Positions 48,662 through 58,385 are shown, counted from the stretch's first letter. The stretch is DNA of 64,000 nucleotides from an uncultured Gemmatimonadales bacterium (GCA_963828735.1 CAWHFW010000005.1:928001-992000), one strand, 5' to 3'. Notes: generated by a model not told the origin, from the sequence alone. Program-made: numbers and translations.

Positions 48662-50275
48662 TTACTCCGCGAGGTCCATTCCCCATCGCGCGAGCGACAC
48701 GGGAATCCCGCCATAGCCGAGCAGGGCGTCGTGAAACGTCCTCGGATCGTAGTCGCCACCCGAGGCCTCGCGGTAGGCCTCGCGGAGGCGCAGCACCTCC
48801 CGGCGGCCGACCGCATAGCACAGCTGATACGTGGGCCACGCGCAGTAGCGCCGCACTTCGGCCTCGGCGCTGCGCCGCTCGATCGGCAGGTGCTCGACCA
48901 TGTAGTCCACCGCCTCGCTCGGCGTCATGCCGCGCGTGTGGAGGCCGACGTCGAGCACGATCCGGATGGCGCGCCAGAGCAGGTTCACGAGCTGGAAGAG
49001 CCGCTCCTCGGGCGTACGGTAGTATCCCATCTCGCCGGCGAGCTGCTCGCAGTAGAGCGCCCACCCTTCCACCATGACCGGCGTCCACAGATGGCGACGG
49101 ACCTCCGAGCGCAGGCCCTGCGCCGTGACGAGCTGGAGGTGGTGCCCCGGATACGCCTCGTGCACCACCATCGCCGCGATGGCGTGGCGGCAGTGCCCGC
49201 GCCGCTGTTGCGCCGCCGCCTCGTCCGGCAGCGACGGGTCGGGCGGCGTGACGTAGAAGCGCCCGCGGGGCGCCCCAAGATAGATCGGCGGAGGCTCGTA
49301 GGCCGCGAAGGGCACCAGCGCCGTGAGAAAGGACGGCGTGGCGACGATGTCCACCGGCGCCTCCGGAATCGCGGCCAGATCTCGCTCCGCCACGAACGCG
49401 CGCGCGCGGCCGAGCTCACCCCGGTACGTGTCCAGGATGGCGTCCGTCGCCGGCGCGTCGTTCCGGAGCTCGTCCACCACCTCGCGCCAGGGCCGCGGGC
49501 TCAGCTCGGAGGCCAGCGCCGCGATCTGCGCGGTGGTTTCCTCCTGGAGATGGAGCCCGTACCGCCAGAGCTCGGGCGCGCCGGACACGACCGCGTGCTC
49601 GAAGTGGAGCCGCCGCGCGAACTGTTCCTCGCCGATGGCGAACGCATGCGGATCGGCGCTGGGCTCGATCTCGTCGCGGAGCGCCGTGCCGCAGCGCTTG
49701 AGCGCCTCGAGGGCCGCGCCCGCCGCCGCGTTGAGCTCGTCCCGGAGGCCCGGCGCGTCCGCGCCCAGGGTGGCGGCCAGCTGCACGATCAGCTCGCCGC
49801 CGCCGCCGAGCATGGCGAGCGCGGAATCCACGAATACCGATGGCGGTGCTTCCAGTGTGGCCCGCGCCGCGTCGAGAAACCCGGGGACCGCGCGGAGCCG
49901 CTCGAGCCCCGCGGGCGCACGCCCACCCGCCGCCTCGCCGGTGCGGGAGAGCACGGCGTAGAGACCCTGGAACAGGTGATTGACCCAGAACACCGGATTC
50001 CGTTCGTGGGGTCGCTCGTGCTCCAGCCGGAAGATGCCGCCTCGGATCTCGCCAAGCAGCGCGGTCCGGTCGATCTCGTCCTGCAGGTCGTCCACCTCGA
50101 GCTCTTCCACCGCACCCGCCACTGAGCGCAGCGCCGCGACGTGCGCGCGCACCGCGGCATCGTCGAACTGGCCCAGCCGGCCGTCGTGCGACACCAGCCC
50201 GGCGGCGCTCCCGGCGGCGGGATCGAAGTGGTACTTGAGATCCAGGTACGATCGGCAGAGCTCGTTGATGGACAT
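48662..50275 (-). CDS. DUF885 family protein
   Basis: HEAYPGHHLQ, EGWALY.E, AIRIVLDVGLH, EVRRY..PT....Y..G, FHD.LL..G. Confidence 0.92.
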   Translation of the reverse strand: MSINELCRSYLDLKYHFDPAAGSAAGLVSHDGRLGQFDDAAVRAHVAALRSVAGAVEELEVDDLQDEIDRTALLGEIRGGIFRLEHERPHERNPVFWVNHLFQGLYAVLSRTGEAAGGRAPAGLERLRAVPGFLDAARATLEAPPSVFVDSALAMLGGGGELIVQLAATLGADAPGLRDELNAAAGAALEALKRCGTALRDEIEPSADPHAFAIGEEQFARRLHFEHAVVSGAPELWRYGLHLQEETTAQIAALASELSPRPWREVVDELRNDAPATDAILDTYRGELGRARAFVAERDLAAIPEAPVDIVATPSFLTALVPFAAYEPPPIYLGAPRGRFYVTPPDPSLPDEAAAQQRRGHCRHAIAAMVVHEAYPGHHLQLVTAQGLRSEVRRHLWTPVMVEGWALYCEQLAGEMGYYRTPEERLFQLVNLLWRAIRIVLDVGLHTRGMTPSEAVDYMVEHLPIERRSAEAEVRRYCAWPTYQLCYAVGRREVLRLREAYREASGGDYDPRTFHDALLGYGGIPVSLARWGMDLAE

Positions 50276-50285
50276 GGGCTCGGCG

Positions 50286-51272
50286 TCAGGCCGACGGCGA
50301 GGCGGTCAGCTCGGAATGGTCGCCCAGCGACGCACTGCCGGCGAGCCCTTCGGCGACGACCCCGTTCCCGATCATCGCGCCGTCGAGATGCACCCGGGTG
50401 AGCCGCGCATCGCGCCCCACGATGGTGTTCCGAAGCCGGCTGTCCACGATCGTCGCCCCTTCCTCGAGCGAGACGTTCGGCCCGATCTCGCTCCGCTCGA
50501 TCCTCACGCCGTCCTCGATGTACACGGGGTCGTGGATGGTGACCCCGGGGAACTCGCGCCGCCGGGCCGACCCCTTCCGGAGCAGGATCTCGTTCGTCTC
50601 GAGCAAGGTGTCGAGCTTGCCGCAGTCGTACCAGCCGCCCACCTCGGCGGTGAGGATGCGCTTGCCGTGCTCGATCATCCACTGGAACGCGTCGGTCAGG
50701 AAGTATTCACCCTTGTTCTTGGGGCTCGCCAGCACGTGGTCGATCCCCTGCCACAGGCTGTCCACCGCGCGGATGTAGTAGAGCCCGATGTTGGCGAGCT
50801 TCGAGATCGGCGTCGTGGGCTTCTCGACGATCCTCGTCATGTAGCCCTGGCTGTCGGTGACGACCACGCCGAAGCGCTGATAGTCCTCGACCTCCTTGGC
50901 CCAGATGATGCCGTCGGCGTTCGTGCGGTTGATCAGGGTGAGATCCGCCTCGAAGACGGTGTCCACGAAGATGATCAGCACGGGCTCGCGGACGAAGGGG
51001 CGCGCCAGGTTGACCGCGCCGGCGGTGCCGTCCTGGACTTTCTGCTCGACGAAGCGCGACGGGATCCGGTAGTGCGAACGGGCGTACGCTTCGACCTGCT
51101 CCTTCAGGTGTCCCGTGATGAAGATGAGCTCGCTCACGTCCAGCCCGTCGAGGCGGTCCATCACCCAGTCCATCACCGGCCGTCCCGCCACCTTCAGCAT
51201 CGGCTTGGGGACGAGATGCGTGTGCGGCCGGAGACGGGTGCCCTTCCCGGCGAGCGGGATGATCACTTGCAT
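50286..51272 (-). CDS. Sugar-phosphate nucleotidyltransferase
   Basis: IPLAGKGTRLRPHT..PKPM, VEKP, GEYFLTDA, WYDCG, C-terminal hexapeptide repeats. Confidence 0.92.
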   Translation of the reverse strand: MQVIIPLAGKGTRLRPHTHLVPKPMLKVAGRPVMDWVMDRLDGLDVSELIFITGHLKEQVEAYARSHYRIPSRFVEQKVQDGTAGAVNLARPFVREPVLIIFVDTVFEADLTLINRTNADGIIWAKEVEDYQRFGVVVTDSQGYMTRIVEKPTTPISKLANIGLYYIRAVDSLWQGIDHVLASPKNKGEYFLTDAFQWMIEHGKRILTAEVGGWYDCGKLDTLLETNEILLRKGSARRREFPGVTIHDPVYIEDGVRIERSEIGPNVSLEEGATIVDSRLRNTIVGRDARLTRVHLDGAMIGNGVVAEGLAGSASLGDHSELTASPSA

Positions 51273-51273
51273 G

Positions 51274-51624
51274 TCAGCCCCTTCCGTAGCGGTCCTGGAG
51301 CCGGACCAGGTCGTCGAGCTCCGGCGTGGATGCCTCGAGCACGTCGCTGTCCACGACGGCCTCGATCTGGTGCACGAGCTTGGCCGGAATGTGCACGCTC
51401 TCGCCGGCCTTGAACGCGCGCGACTCGAGCGCGTCGCCGGGCCGGGTGCGGAGGATCAGCTCGCCCCGGAGCACGTGCATCGTCTCGTCCTTCAGGTTGT
51501 GATACTGGAGGCTCAGCACGTGCCCGGCCTTCACGTGGAGGATCTTGCCCACATAGCGGTCGCTGCGCGCCCAGATGAGCTCGTAGCCCCAGGGTTTCTC
51601 CACTCGGTAAGGCACGTCTGGCAC
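51274..51624 (-). CDS. Cupin-domain protein (mannose-6-phosphate isomerase-like)
   Basis: VEKPWGYE, LSLQYH..KDET, H.IEA, EASTPELDD.VRL.D.YGR; GGAGG SD. Confidence 0.9.
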   Translation of the reverse strand: MPDVPYRVEKPWGYELIWARSDRYVGKILHVKAGHVLSLQYHNLKDETMHVLRGELILRTRPGDALESRAFKAGESVHIPAKLVHQIEAVVDSDVLEASTPELDDLVRLQDRYGRG

Positions 51625-51761
51625 GGATGATCCTCCTGCGGGCGGGACGACGAACCTTCGCGGCGGAAATATAGGCTCGGCGGGGGCGGCGATGAATGGC
51701 GCCGATCGACGATCAGGAGCCACGGCGACATCACGCGTCGCCGCCGCGACGCGTGATTGGG

Positions 51762-54749
51762 CTAGAACGACGGCTCGAAGCTGAACACCCAGCGGAACGC
51801 GAGCTCGTTGTCGTCCGCGGCGAGATCCTGGGCCAGCTCGGGCCGGTTCACCCACAGGGGAAGATCGAACCGCGTGACGAACCGCGTGTCGCCGATCCGA
51901 TGCTCGGCGCGGATTCCGATGCCCGCGTCGCCCAGGAATCGAACGCGCCCCGAAGCCGGCGCGTCGTCCTCGGATTGAAAGGCGTGGCCCAGGTCGGTGA
52001 ACGCGGCGAGTGCGACCCGCGAGAACAGTCGTGCCTGGGGACGCGCGAGCATCGTCCGCTCGAGCTCCGCGGAGAGCGCGATCAGTCCGCTGGTGGAGAC
52101 CCGTGGGTCGATGCCGCGAAGGCCGCCGCCGCCCGGCTGCTGGTAGTTCATGTCGGCGCCCTCGAGCAGCGAGCCGCGCGAGCGCAGGAACGGGTTGGCG
52201 AGCCGCGCGAGCGGGTCCGAGCCCTGGGCATAGATTTGCCGCTGCTTGGCGGGCAGGTCGTTCCCGCCCGCGAACGCCCCGTACGCGCGCCCTCCCAGGC
52301 TCCAGCGCGCGCCGAGTGAACGGCGAGCGGTACCTTCGATGGTAACCCGTCCATAGAAGGGATCCAGATCGCTCCGACCGCTCGCCGCGAGGCCGTCTCG
52401 GTGATACGCAAGCCCGCCGCTCAGGGTGTTCCGGAAATCCAGGTCCCATTTGCCCGAGCGTGTCGTGAGGCCTCCTGACAGGGTGAGCTCGACCGTGCCC
52501 GCATCGTCGTAATAGCCCCGGTCGAGGTAGCGGAAATCGTCGGGCTGCACCCACTGGAGCGCGATGCCGCCGGTGCGCGTGGGGCCGAACGTCAGGTGCT
52601 CCCGCCGGCTCCGTTCCAACGCGAGCGTGGCCCCGAACCGGCCCTCGACGTTGTAAACGTCGAGCGTCTGCGTGACGTTGGGCGCCCGGAGCATCGTCGG
52701 GTTCCGCAGGCGGAACCAGAAATCCACGTCGTGCACGCCGTCGTCCACACCCCACCCCGTGCTCGCCGTGACCAGGGCGACGTTCTGCTCGAACCGGCCG
52801 AAGTAATCGCTGCGGCTTCGGGCGCCAAGGGTGACGCCGCCCGCGTCGTTGTACCACGCGACGGGCTGGAGGCCGAGCGTCAGCCGGTCACGGCTCACGC
52901 GGGTGCTGAAGTAGCGGTGGAAGTAGACGTCGGGGTCCGCCGACCCCGTGAGCGCCCGGCCGACCGAGACGCCGAGCGGCTTCCGGTTGTTCAGCATGTT
53001 CCAGTCGTGGGAGCGCACCAGCGGGTCGAGCAGGATCTCCCGCGGCTTGGTCCGCGTCGGGATCTCCACCCACTCCCGCTCGGCGAGCCCCTCGGTGCGC
53101 GCGACCGCCGTGTCGCCGGCCGCGATGACCGCGACGTCCTGGGGAAACCGGCCCGGCGACTTCCGCACGACCTCGACGCGCGTGAGATAGCCGTCCGCGT
53201 GGCGGGCCGTCCGGACGTGACCCACCTCGTAGTCGTAGAGCTCGGTGGTGTGGAGCCACTGTGCGAAGAAGGTCGAGAGGTCGCGGTGGGACTCCTCCTC
53301 GGCGACCGCCCGGAACGCCGCCTCATCCACGTGGTGGTACTTCCAGCGCTCGTAGAACGTCTGCAGGATCCGGTGCATCGTCGCGTCGCCGACGATCGCG
53401 CGGAGCTGATGGAAAAACAGCTCGCCACGGGTGTAGATCGCGATATTGTACGAGGTGAAATCGCGATAGTCCTCCCCCACGAGGCTCGGCGGCTCCGAAT
53501 AGTCGTCCAGATCGAGCTGAAGCACTTCGGCTTCGGTCTCGCCGTAGCTCGGCTTCCCCATCGTCTCCCAGAACCAGCTCGTCTGGAAGCTGGTGAATCC
53601 CTCGTCGAGCCAGCCCTCGCGCCACTCGTTGTTGGCCAGCAGCCCCATCGTGTAGTTGTGCCCGGCCTCGTGCACGATGAGCCCCTGATCGGCCGATCCG
53701 TTGTGCACCATCATCGGGAACTCGGTGCCGCCTCCCTCGATCCGATGGACGTTGGTGAGCTGCGGCCACCCGAACGGCCCGTACACCTGGTCGAGCCAGG
53801 CGAGAGCGGTCTGGGTCCGCGTGACGGCGACGCCCCCGCCCCAGCTCTTCTCGTCACCCGGCTGGTAGAGCACATGGATGGCGACGTCGCCATAGTGCCC
53901 GCCCTCGTACCGGTACTGCGGATTGAGCGACATCGCAAAATGGTGCACGCGCTCCGCGTACCATCGGATCCGCTTCCGGCCCGGATCGGCGCCCGTGCAC
54001 GCGTCGGTCGACGGCGTGCTCGCGCCGTAGTAGTCGCGCTGGTACTCGACCGCCCGGTCCGGGGCGCGATTGGCGCGCTCCCACCCCGGGTCTCCACAGA
54101 CCGCGACACCGGTGGCGCCTACCACCTGGTCCTCAGGCACATCGAGATCGACGGTGAACCGCGCGAACTCGCCATAGAACTCGCCGCCGGGATACAGCGG
54201 GTGCTCCTCCCAGCCGTAGCGGTCGTACACGACCACCTTGGGATACCACTGCGCGAAGTCGAATCGCCTGCCCTGCCGGCCCTGGCGGCGCGGGACCGTG
54301 GACGGCCGGGCGTCCCAGCGCAGGTCGACGCTCATCGAGTCGCCCGGCGCCAGCGGCTGCGGCAACGCGAAGCGGACCACCGTGCTGTCCGGGGCGAAGG
54401 GGTAGACCGGCTCGACGGGCTGGCCCATGATCCGCACGTCGCGTACGTGATTGAAGGCGAAGTCCGGATCACGGAGGTCATTGAAGCGGCGCCGTCCCTC
54501 CGCGGAATCGGCGTCGGCCCAGCGCGAGCCCGGGCGGAATGCGTTGAGGTAGAGGTGAAGCGAGAAGCTGGTCAGCGCATCGGGTGACGCGTTGCGATAG
54601 GCGATGCGCTCTCCGCCGGCCAGGACACCCGAAGGCTCATCGAGCCGCGCGGTGATCTCGTAGGCCACGTCCTGCTGCCAGTAGGGAGTCTGGGGCGGCC
54701 GAGGCGCGGCCGGCGCCTGTTGCAAGGCGAGCAACGCAAGGGTGATCAC
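51762..54749 (-). CDS. M1 family metallopeptidase with C-terminal beta-barrel-like region
   Basis: YWQQ, LHLYLNAF, AQWYPK, GGTEFP, HEAGHNY-x-WLDEG; about 380-aa C-terminal amphipathic strands ending in F. Confidence 0.9.
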   Translation of the reverse strand: MITLALLALQQAPAAPRPPQTPYWQQDVAYEITARLDEPSGVLAGGERIAYRNASPDALTSFSLHLYLNAFRPGSRWADADSAEGRRRFNDLRDPDFAFNHVRDVRIMGQPVEPVYPFAPDSTVVRFALPQPLAPGDSMSVDLRWDARPSTVPRRQGRQGRRFDFAQWYPKVVVYDRYGWEEHPLYPGGEFYGEFARFTVDLDVPEDQVVGATGVAVCGDPGWERANRAPDRAVEYQRDYYGASTPSTDACTGADPGRKRIRWYAERVHHFAMSLNPQYRYEGGHYGDVAIHVLYQPGDEKSWGGGVAVTRTQTALAWLDQVYGPFGWPQLTNVHRIEGGGTEFPMMVHNGSADQGLIVHEAGHNYTMGLLANNEWREGWLDEGFTSFQTSWFWETMGKPSYGETEAEVLQLDLDDYSEPPSLVGEDYRDFTSYNIAIYTRGELFFHQLRAIVGDATMHRILQTFYERWKYHHVDEAAFRAVAEEESHRDLSTFFAQWLHTTELYDYEVGHVRTARHADGYLTRVEVVRKSPGRFPQDVAVIAAGDTAVARTEGLAEREWVEIPTRTKPREILLDPLVRSHDWNMLNNRKPLGVSVGRALTGSADPDVYFHRYFSTRVSRDRLTLGLQPVAWYNDAGGVTLGARSRSDYFGRFEQNVALVTASTGWGVDDGVHDVDFWFRLRNPTMLRAPNVTQTLDVYNVEGRFGATLALERSRREHLTFGPTRTGGIALQWVQPDDFRYLDRGYYDDAGTVELTLSGGLTTRSGKWDLDFRNTLSGGLAYHRDGLAASGRSDLDPFYGRVTIEGTARRSLGARWSLGGRAYGAFAGGNDLPAKQRQIYAQGSDPLARLANPFLRSRGSLLEGADMNYQQPGGGGLRGIDPRVSTSGLIALSAELERTMLARPQARLFSRVALAAFTDLGHAFQSEDDAPASGRVRFLGDAGIGIRAEHRIGDTRFVTRFDLPLWVNRPELAQDLAADDNELAFRWVFSFEPSF

Positions 54750-54806
54750 GGACGGCTCGAAGGACGAAGGTGGGCGGAAACATAGGGGGGACCGCCGCCG
54801 CCCCCA

Positions 54807-54834
54807 AGCAAAGGAGCCGGGAGGTCCCGGCTCC
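54807..54834 (-). terminator. Intrinsic terminator after the response regulator
   Basis: GGAGCCGGG-ACCT-CCCGGCTCC followed by TTTGCTT on the minus strand. Confidence 0.65.
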
Positions 54835-54836
54835 GT

Positions 54837-55277
54837 CTACGACTCGGCTCGCTCGCGGAGGTCGGCCGCCGCGCCTCTGGGCGGTGCGAGGGCCTCGTTC
54901 ACCTTGGCCAGGAGCTCTTTCCGTGTGAAAGGCTTGGCGAGGAACGGGACATCCAGGGTCGTGAGTCCGTATTGGGCCATGACTTCTGCCGGATAGGCCG
55001 ACATGTACAGCAGATGCTGGTCCGGCCACTCGTCCAGGATCTCGCGGGCAAGGGCAACGCCGTCGCCATCGTGGAGCACGATGTCCAGCACGACCAGGTC
55101 GACCCGCCCGCGAGCCTCCCCGAGCACTTCGAGCGCTTCCCGGGTGCCATCGGCCTCCAGCACCCGGAACCCCTCCTCGCTCAGAAGGCGGCTCGCGATG
55201 CAGCGCGCCATCCGGCGGTCGTCCACGATGAGGACCGTCGTCACAACCAGCGGGAACCTGAAATCGAGCGGAGCCAT
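54837..55277 (-). CDS. Stand-alone response regulator receiver
   Basis: VLIVDD, DLVVLD, YMSAY, FLAKPF; GGAGG SD before ATG 55277. Confidence 0.88.
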   Translation of the reverse strand: MAPLDFRFPLVVTTVLIVDDRRMARCIASRLLSEEGFRVLEADGTREALEVLGEARGRVDLVVLDIVLHDGDGVALAREILDEWPDQHLLYMSAYPAEVMAQYGLTTLDVPFLAKPFTRKELLAKVNEALAPPRGAAADLRERAES

Positions 55278-55500
55278 AATTCCCCTCCGTACCATACCGT
55301 ACCGACGAAGTTCAAGTTGACTACCGGGGCGGCGGAAGGTAGTGACGCGTCTCACACACTGTGGATTGACCGGGATCCAAGGTGCGTCGCTCCTGGACTG
55401 AGAAGTCGGGGTCATGCGCGGCGTGCTATGCTCGGCTGCGTCGGCCGTACTCCGTCACGCTCTTGCCGCGTGAGCACAGGAGCGCCAACGGACGGGAGAC

Positions 55501-55947
55501 CTAGGGCTCTTGCCCGGCTTGGTTTGGCAGTTGCTGGCCGAGCGCCCTGCCCGGTGCCGACGGACCGATGAGGGCCTCGACCTGTTTGAGCAAATCCTCG
55601 GGAGAGAATGGCTTGTTGAGCAATGGTCCGGGGAGCGGGCGTATCGTCGGACGGGCATAGCCGGAGACGAAGAGGATGGGAAGAGGAGGATTCAACTGTC
55701 TGAGGCGCCCCGCGAGCGCCACGCCGTCCATCTCGGGCATGCGGATGTCGGTGATGACGAGCCGGAGACGCCCGTGCAGCGCCTCCGCGAGGCGGAACGC
55801 GTCCTTTCCGTTGGCCGCGCTATGGACGGCGTAGCCCTCCTCCGCGAGGGTCCTCGCCATGACGACGAGGATGGTCTCATCGTCGTCCACCACCAGCACG
55901 ACCTGCACGCTTGTCACGCCCCAACTTACGTTCTTGTGGGTTTGCAT
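55501..55947 (-). CDS. Stand-alone response regulator receiver
   Basis: VLVVDDD, ITDIRMPEMDG, FVSGY, KPF; start may be GTG 55917. Confidence 0.88.
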   Translation of the reverse strand: MQTHKNVSWGVTSVQVVLVVDDDETILVVMARTLAEEGYAVHSAANGKDAFRLAEALHGRLRLVITDIRMPEMDGVALAGRLRQLNPPLPILFVSGYARPTIRPLPGPLLNKPFSPEDLLKQVEALIGPSAPGRALGQQLPNQAGQEP

Positions 55948-56034
55948 CGCCAGAGTCGGCGACGGTCGCCATACTGTCCGAACAGGCCGCTGGAACCAGT
56001 GCCGGCCCGGGAGCAGAAATCCCGGGCCTTCTGC

Positions 56035-56235
56035 TCAGGATTGCTGGAACCCGGCTCTCACCGTGCGAACTTCGTCGCCGCCCACGACCGCCGCGTGCAG
56101 ATCCCACGCTGCTTTGGCAACCATCGCGAATTCCGACCCCTTCGGCGTCTGCCCTGACTCGCCCGTGCGGCCCGCATAGATGATGGCCGCCATGATGGCC
56201 ACCACGTCCGTCCGTTCCGTCCGTTCTCCCGTCAT
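56035..56235 (-). CDS. Small hypothetical protein (66 aa)
   Basis: GGAG SD; MTGERTERTDVVAIMAAIIYAGR...AKAAWDLHAAV; fills an otherwise empty gap. Confidence 0.55.
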   Translation of the reverse strand: MTGERTERTDVVAIMAAIIYAGRTGESGQTPKGSEFAMVAKAAWDLHAAVVGGDEVRTVRAGFQQS

Positions 56236-56412
56236 GTGCCGCTCCAAGTCGTTGTATGACGCAAGATAAGCCCCGGTGGCCTCCGCATATGCCGGCCGTC
56301 GATTCGCTGTGCGCCAACTACATGGCCCTGCTAATAGTCCGCCCTGAAACAAATCCGTTGACGAATCGTCTGTAATAGGTAGTTTTTCAGGGACACCAAG
56401 CCTGGAGTGCTC

Positions 56413-56883
56413 ATGTCGGACGCCGATCCCATCAGCCGCCGCCTCCTGCAGCTGCTTTCGGCCGATGGCCGCGCCAGCTACCAGGCCCTCGCCGACGAGG
56501 TCGGGCTCTCGCGGCCCGCGGTCATGGAACGCGTCAAGCGGCTCGAGGAGGGCGGGCACATCCTCGGGTACAGCGCCCGGATCGACCGTGCCAAGGCCGG
56601 GTTTCCGATCACGGCCTTCGTGAACGTCCGCTACCCCGCGTCGGATCACGACGATGCCGAGCGCGCGGTTCGGGGACTCGAGGCCAACCCGAGCGTCCTC
56701 GAATGCCATCATGTGGCGGGCGACGACTGCTACATCCTCAAAGTGGCCGCGCCCTCGCTCGAGGCGCTCGAGCGGATCCTGCGTACGCTCAGGGAGCCGG
56801 GTCTCTCCGCCACCACACGCACCACCATCGTACTCTCGAGCGTGTTCGAGAAGCCGGGCGTCGTGCCCGTGGAGATCGACTGA
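56413..56883 (+). CDS. Lrp/AsnC family regulator
   Basis: DGRASY..LA..VGLS..AV.ERVKRLE..G.I.GY, ECHHVAGDDCYILKV. Confidence 0.93.
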   Translation: MSDADPISRRLLQLLSADGRASYQALADEVGLSRPAVMERVKRLEEGGHILGYSARIDRAKAGFPITAFVNVRYPASDHDDAERAVRGLEANPSVLECHHVAGDDCYILKVAAPSLEALERILRTLREPGLSATTRTTIVLSSVFEKPGVVPVEID

Positions 56884-56884
56884 C

Positions 56885-57838
56885 ATGGCCGGACTTCGGG
56901 GCAAGGCGCTCATCGCCTATCTGCTCGTCTGCACGGTGTGGGGCTCGACGTACCTCGCGATCCGGATCGGCGTCGGGCACCTGCCGCCATTCCTCTTCGC
57001 CGGCGTGCGGTTCCTGGTCGCGGGATTACTGCTCGGTGCGATCGCGCTGGCGCTGGGCATTCGCCTCCCCAGGCGCGCGCGGGACTGGCGCACGCTCGCC
57101 ATTACCGGCGTGTTCCTGCTCTGCGGTGCCAACGCGATCGTGGTCTGGTCGGAGCAGTTCGTCCCGTCCGGCATGGCCAGCGTCTTCGTCGCCGCCATGC
57201 CGCTCTGGTCGGCCTTCTTCGATGCGCTCATCCCCGGCGGGAAGACGCCGCTCACCTGGCGCATCGGGGTCGGCCTCGCGCTCGGCTTCCTGGGCAGTGC
57301 GCTGCTCGCCGGCATCACGCCACACGAGATTGCCACGGCGGACCTGCGCGGCCCGGTCGCGCTAACGCTCGGGAGCGCGTCCTGGGCCCTCGGCAGCATC
57401 TACTGGAAGCGGCATCCGACCACGGACGTGAGCCCGTACGCGGCCGCCGCCTCGCAGATGGCGATCGCGGGCGCCCTCCTGTGCGTGTTCGGCCTGGCGA
57501 TCGGGGAAGGGCCGCGATTCCATCTGGATGCCACCGGCCTCGGCGCGATGGCGTATCTGATCGTCTTCGGGTCCATCGTCGGCTACACCGCGTTCGGCTA
57601 TGCGCTCGAGCACGCCTCCGCGACGATCGTCGGCACGTACGCGTACGTGAACCCGGTGGTCGCGGTGATGCTCGGCTGGCTCGTTCTCGCCGAGCCCATC
57701 ACGGGCCGCATGCTCGTGGCGATGGCGCTCATTCTCGGCTCGGTGCTGTGGATCCAGCTCGGCGCCAGGCCCGGGCGGGTCTCCGAGAGGCCGCGGGTCC
57801 GCGCGCTCGAGCGCCGGCGCCCGGCGGACGCGGCATGA
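56885..57838 (+). CDS. EamA/DMT transporter (YedA-like)
   Basis: VWGSTYLAIR, RFLVAG, YLIVFGSIVG, YAYVNPVVAV.LG. Confidence 0.92.
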   Translation: MAGLRGKALIAYLLVCTVWGSTYLAIRIGVGHLPPFLFAGVRFLVAGLLLGAIALALGIRLPRRARDWRTLAITGVFLLCGANAIVVWSEQFVPSGMASVFVAAMPLWSAFFDALIPGGKTPLTWRIGVGLALGFLGSALLAGITPHEIATADLRGPVALTLGSASWALGSIYWKRHPTTDVSPYAAAASQMAIAGALLCVFGLAIGEGPRFHLDATGLGAMAYLIVFGSIVGYTAFGYALEHASATIVGTYAYVNPVVAVMLGWLVLAEPITGRMLVAMALILGSVLWIQLGARPGRVSERPRVRALERRRPADAA

Positions 57839-58287
57839 CCGCGGCCGCGACGTCCGCCGATCGTCCCTGGACCTCCGCCGAGGAAGTGGCGGCGCTCGTC
57901 GCGCGCTTCGAGGACTGCACGCTCCCGCACGCGGAGTGGACCCATCGGGCCCACCTGACCGTGGCGCTCTGGTTCGCATCGCATCATCCACCGGCGGTGG
58001 CGCTCGACCTGGTCCGCTCGGGCATCCTGCGCCTCAATACCGCGCACGGCGTACCCACCACGCCGACGCGCGGCTATCACGAGACCATCACGCGCTTCTA
58101 CATGCACGTGGTGACCCATTACCTCCGCCAGCAGGAGCTCGCCGGCGACTGGGCCGAGCGTGCCAACCGCATGGTGGAACGGCTGGGCGCGCGCGACCTC
58201 GCGCTGCGTCACTACTCGGAGCAGAGGCTCAAGTCTCCCGAGGCGCGCGCCGCGTGGATCGAGCCCGATATCCGGCCGCTTCCGTAA
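57835..58287 (+). CDS. Conserved hypothetical protein
   Basis: FE..TL...W.HRAHL, GYHETIT, HYS...L.S..AR..W.EPD; ATGA-coupled to the EamA gene. Confidence 0.8.
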   Translation: MTAAATSADRPWTSAEEVAALVARFEDCTLPHAEWTHRAHLTVALWFASHHPPAVALDLVRSGILRLNTAHGVPTTPTRGYHETITRFYMHVVTHYLRQQELAGDWAERANRMVERLGARDLALRHYSEQRLKSPEARAAWIEPDIRPLP

Positions 58288-58326
58288 GGCCGCCATCGGG
58301 CCCGGCCTCGAGGCGGGCCGGAACGG

Positions 58327-58361
58327 GAACGGGGGCCTGCGATCAACGCAGGCCCCCGTTC
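58327..58361. repeat. Palindromic hairpin, copy 3 (likely terminator of the atp unit)
   Basis: GAACGGGGGCCTGCG-ATCAA-CGCAGGCCCCCGTTC, perfect 15-bp stem. Confidence 0.75.
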
Positions 58362-58385
58362 GTCTTCAGGCTGACTCGTGCTCGG

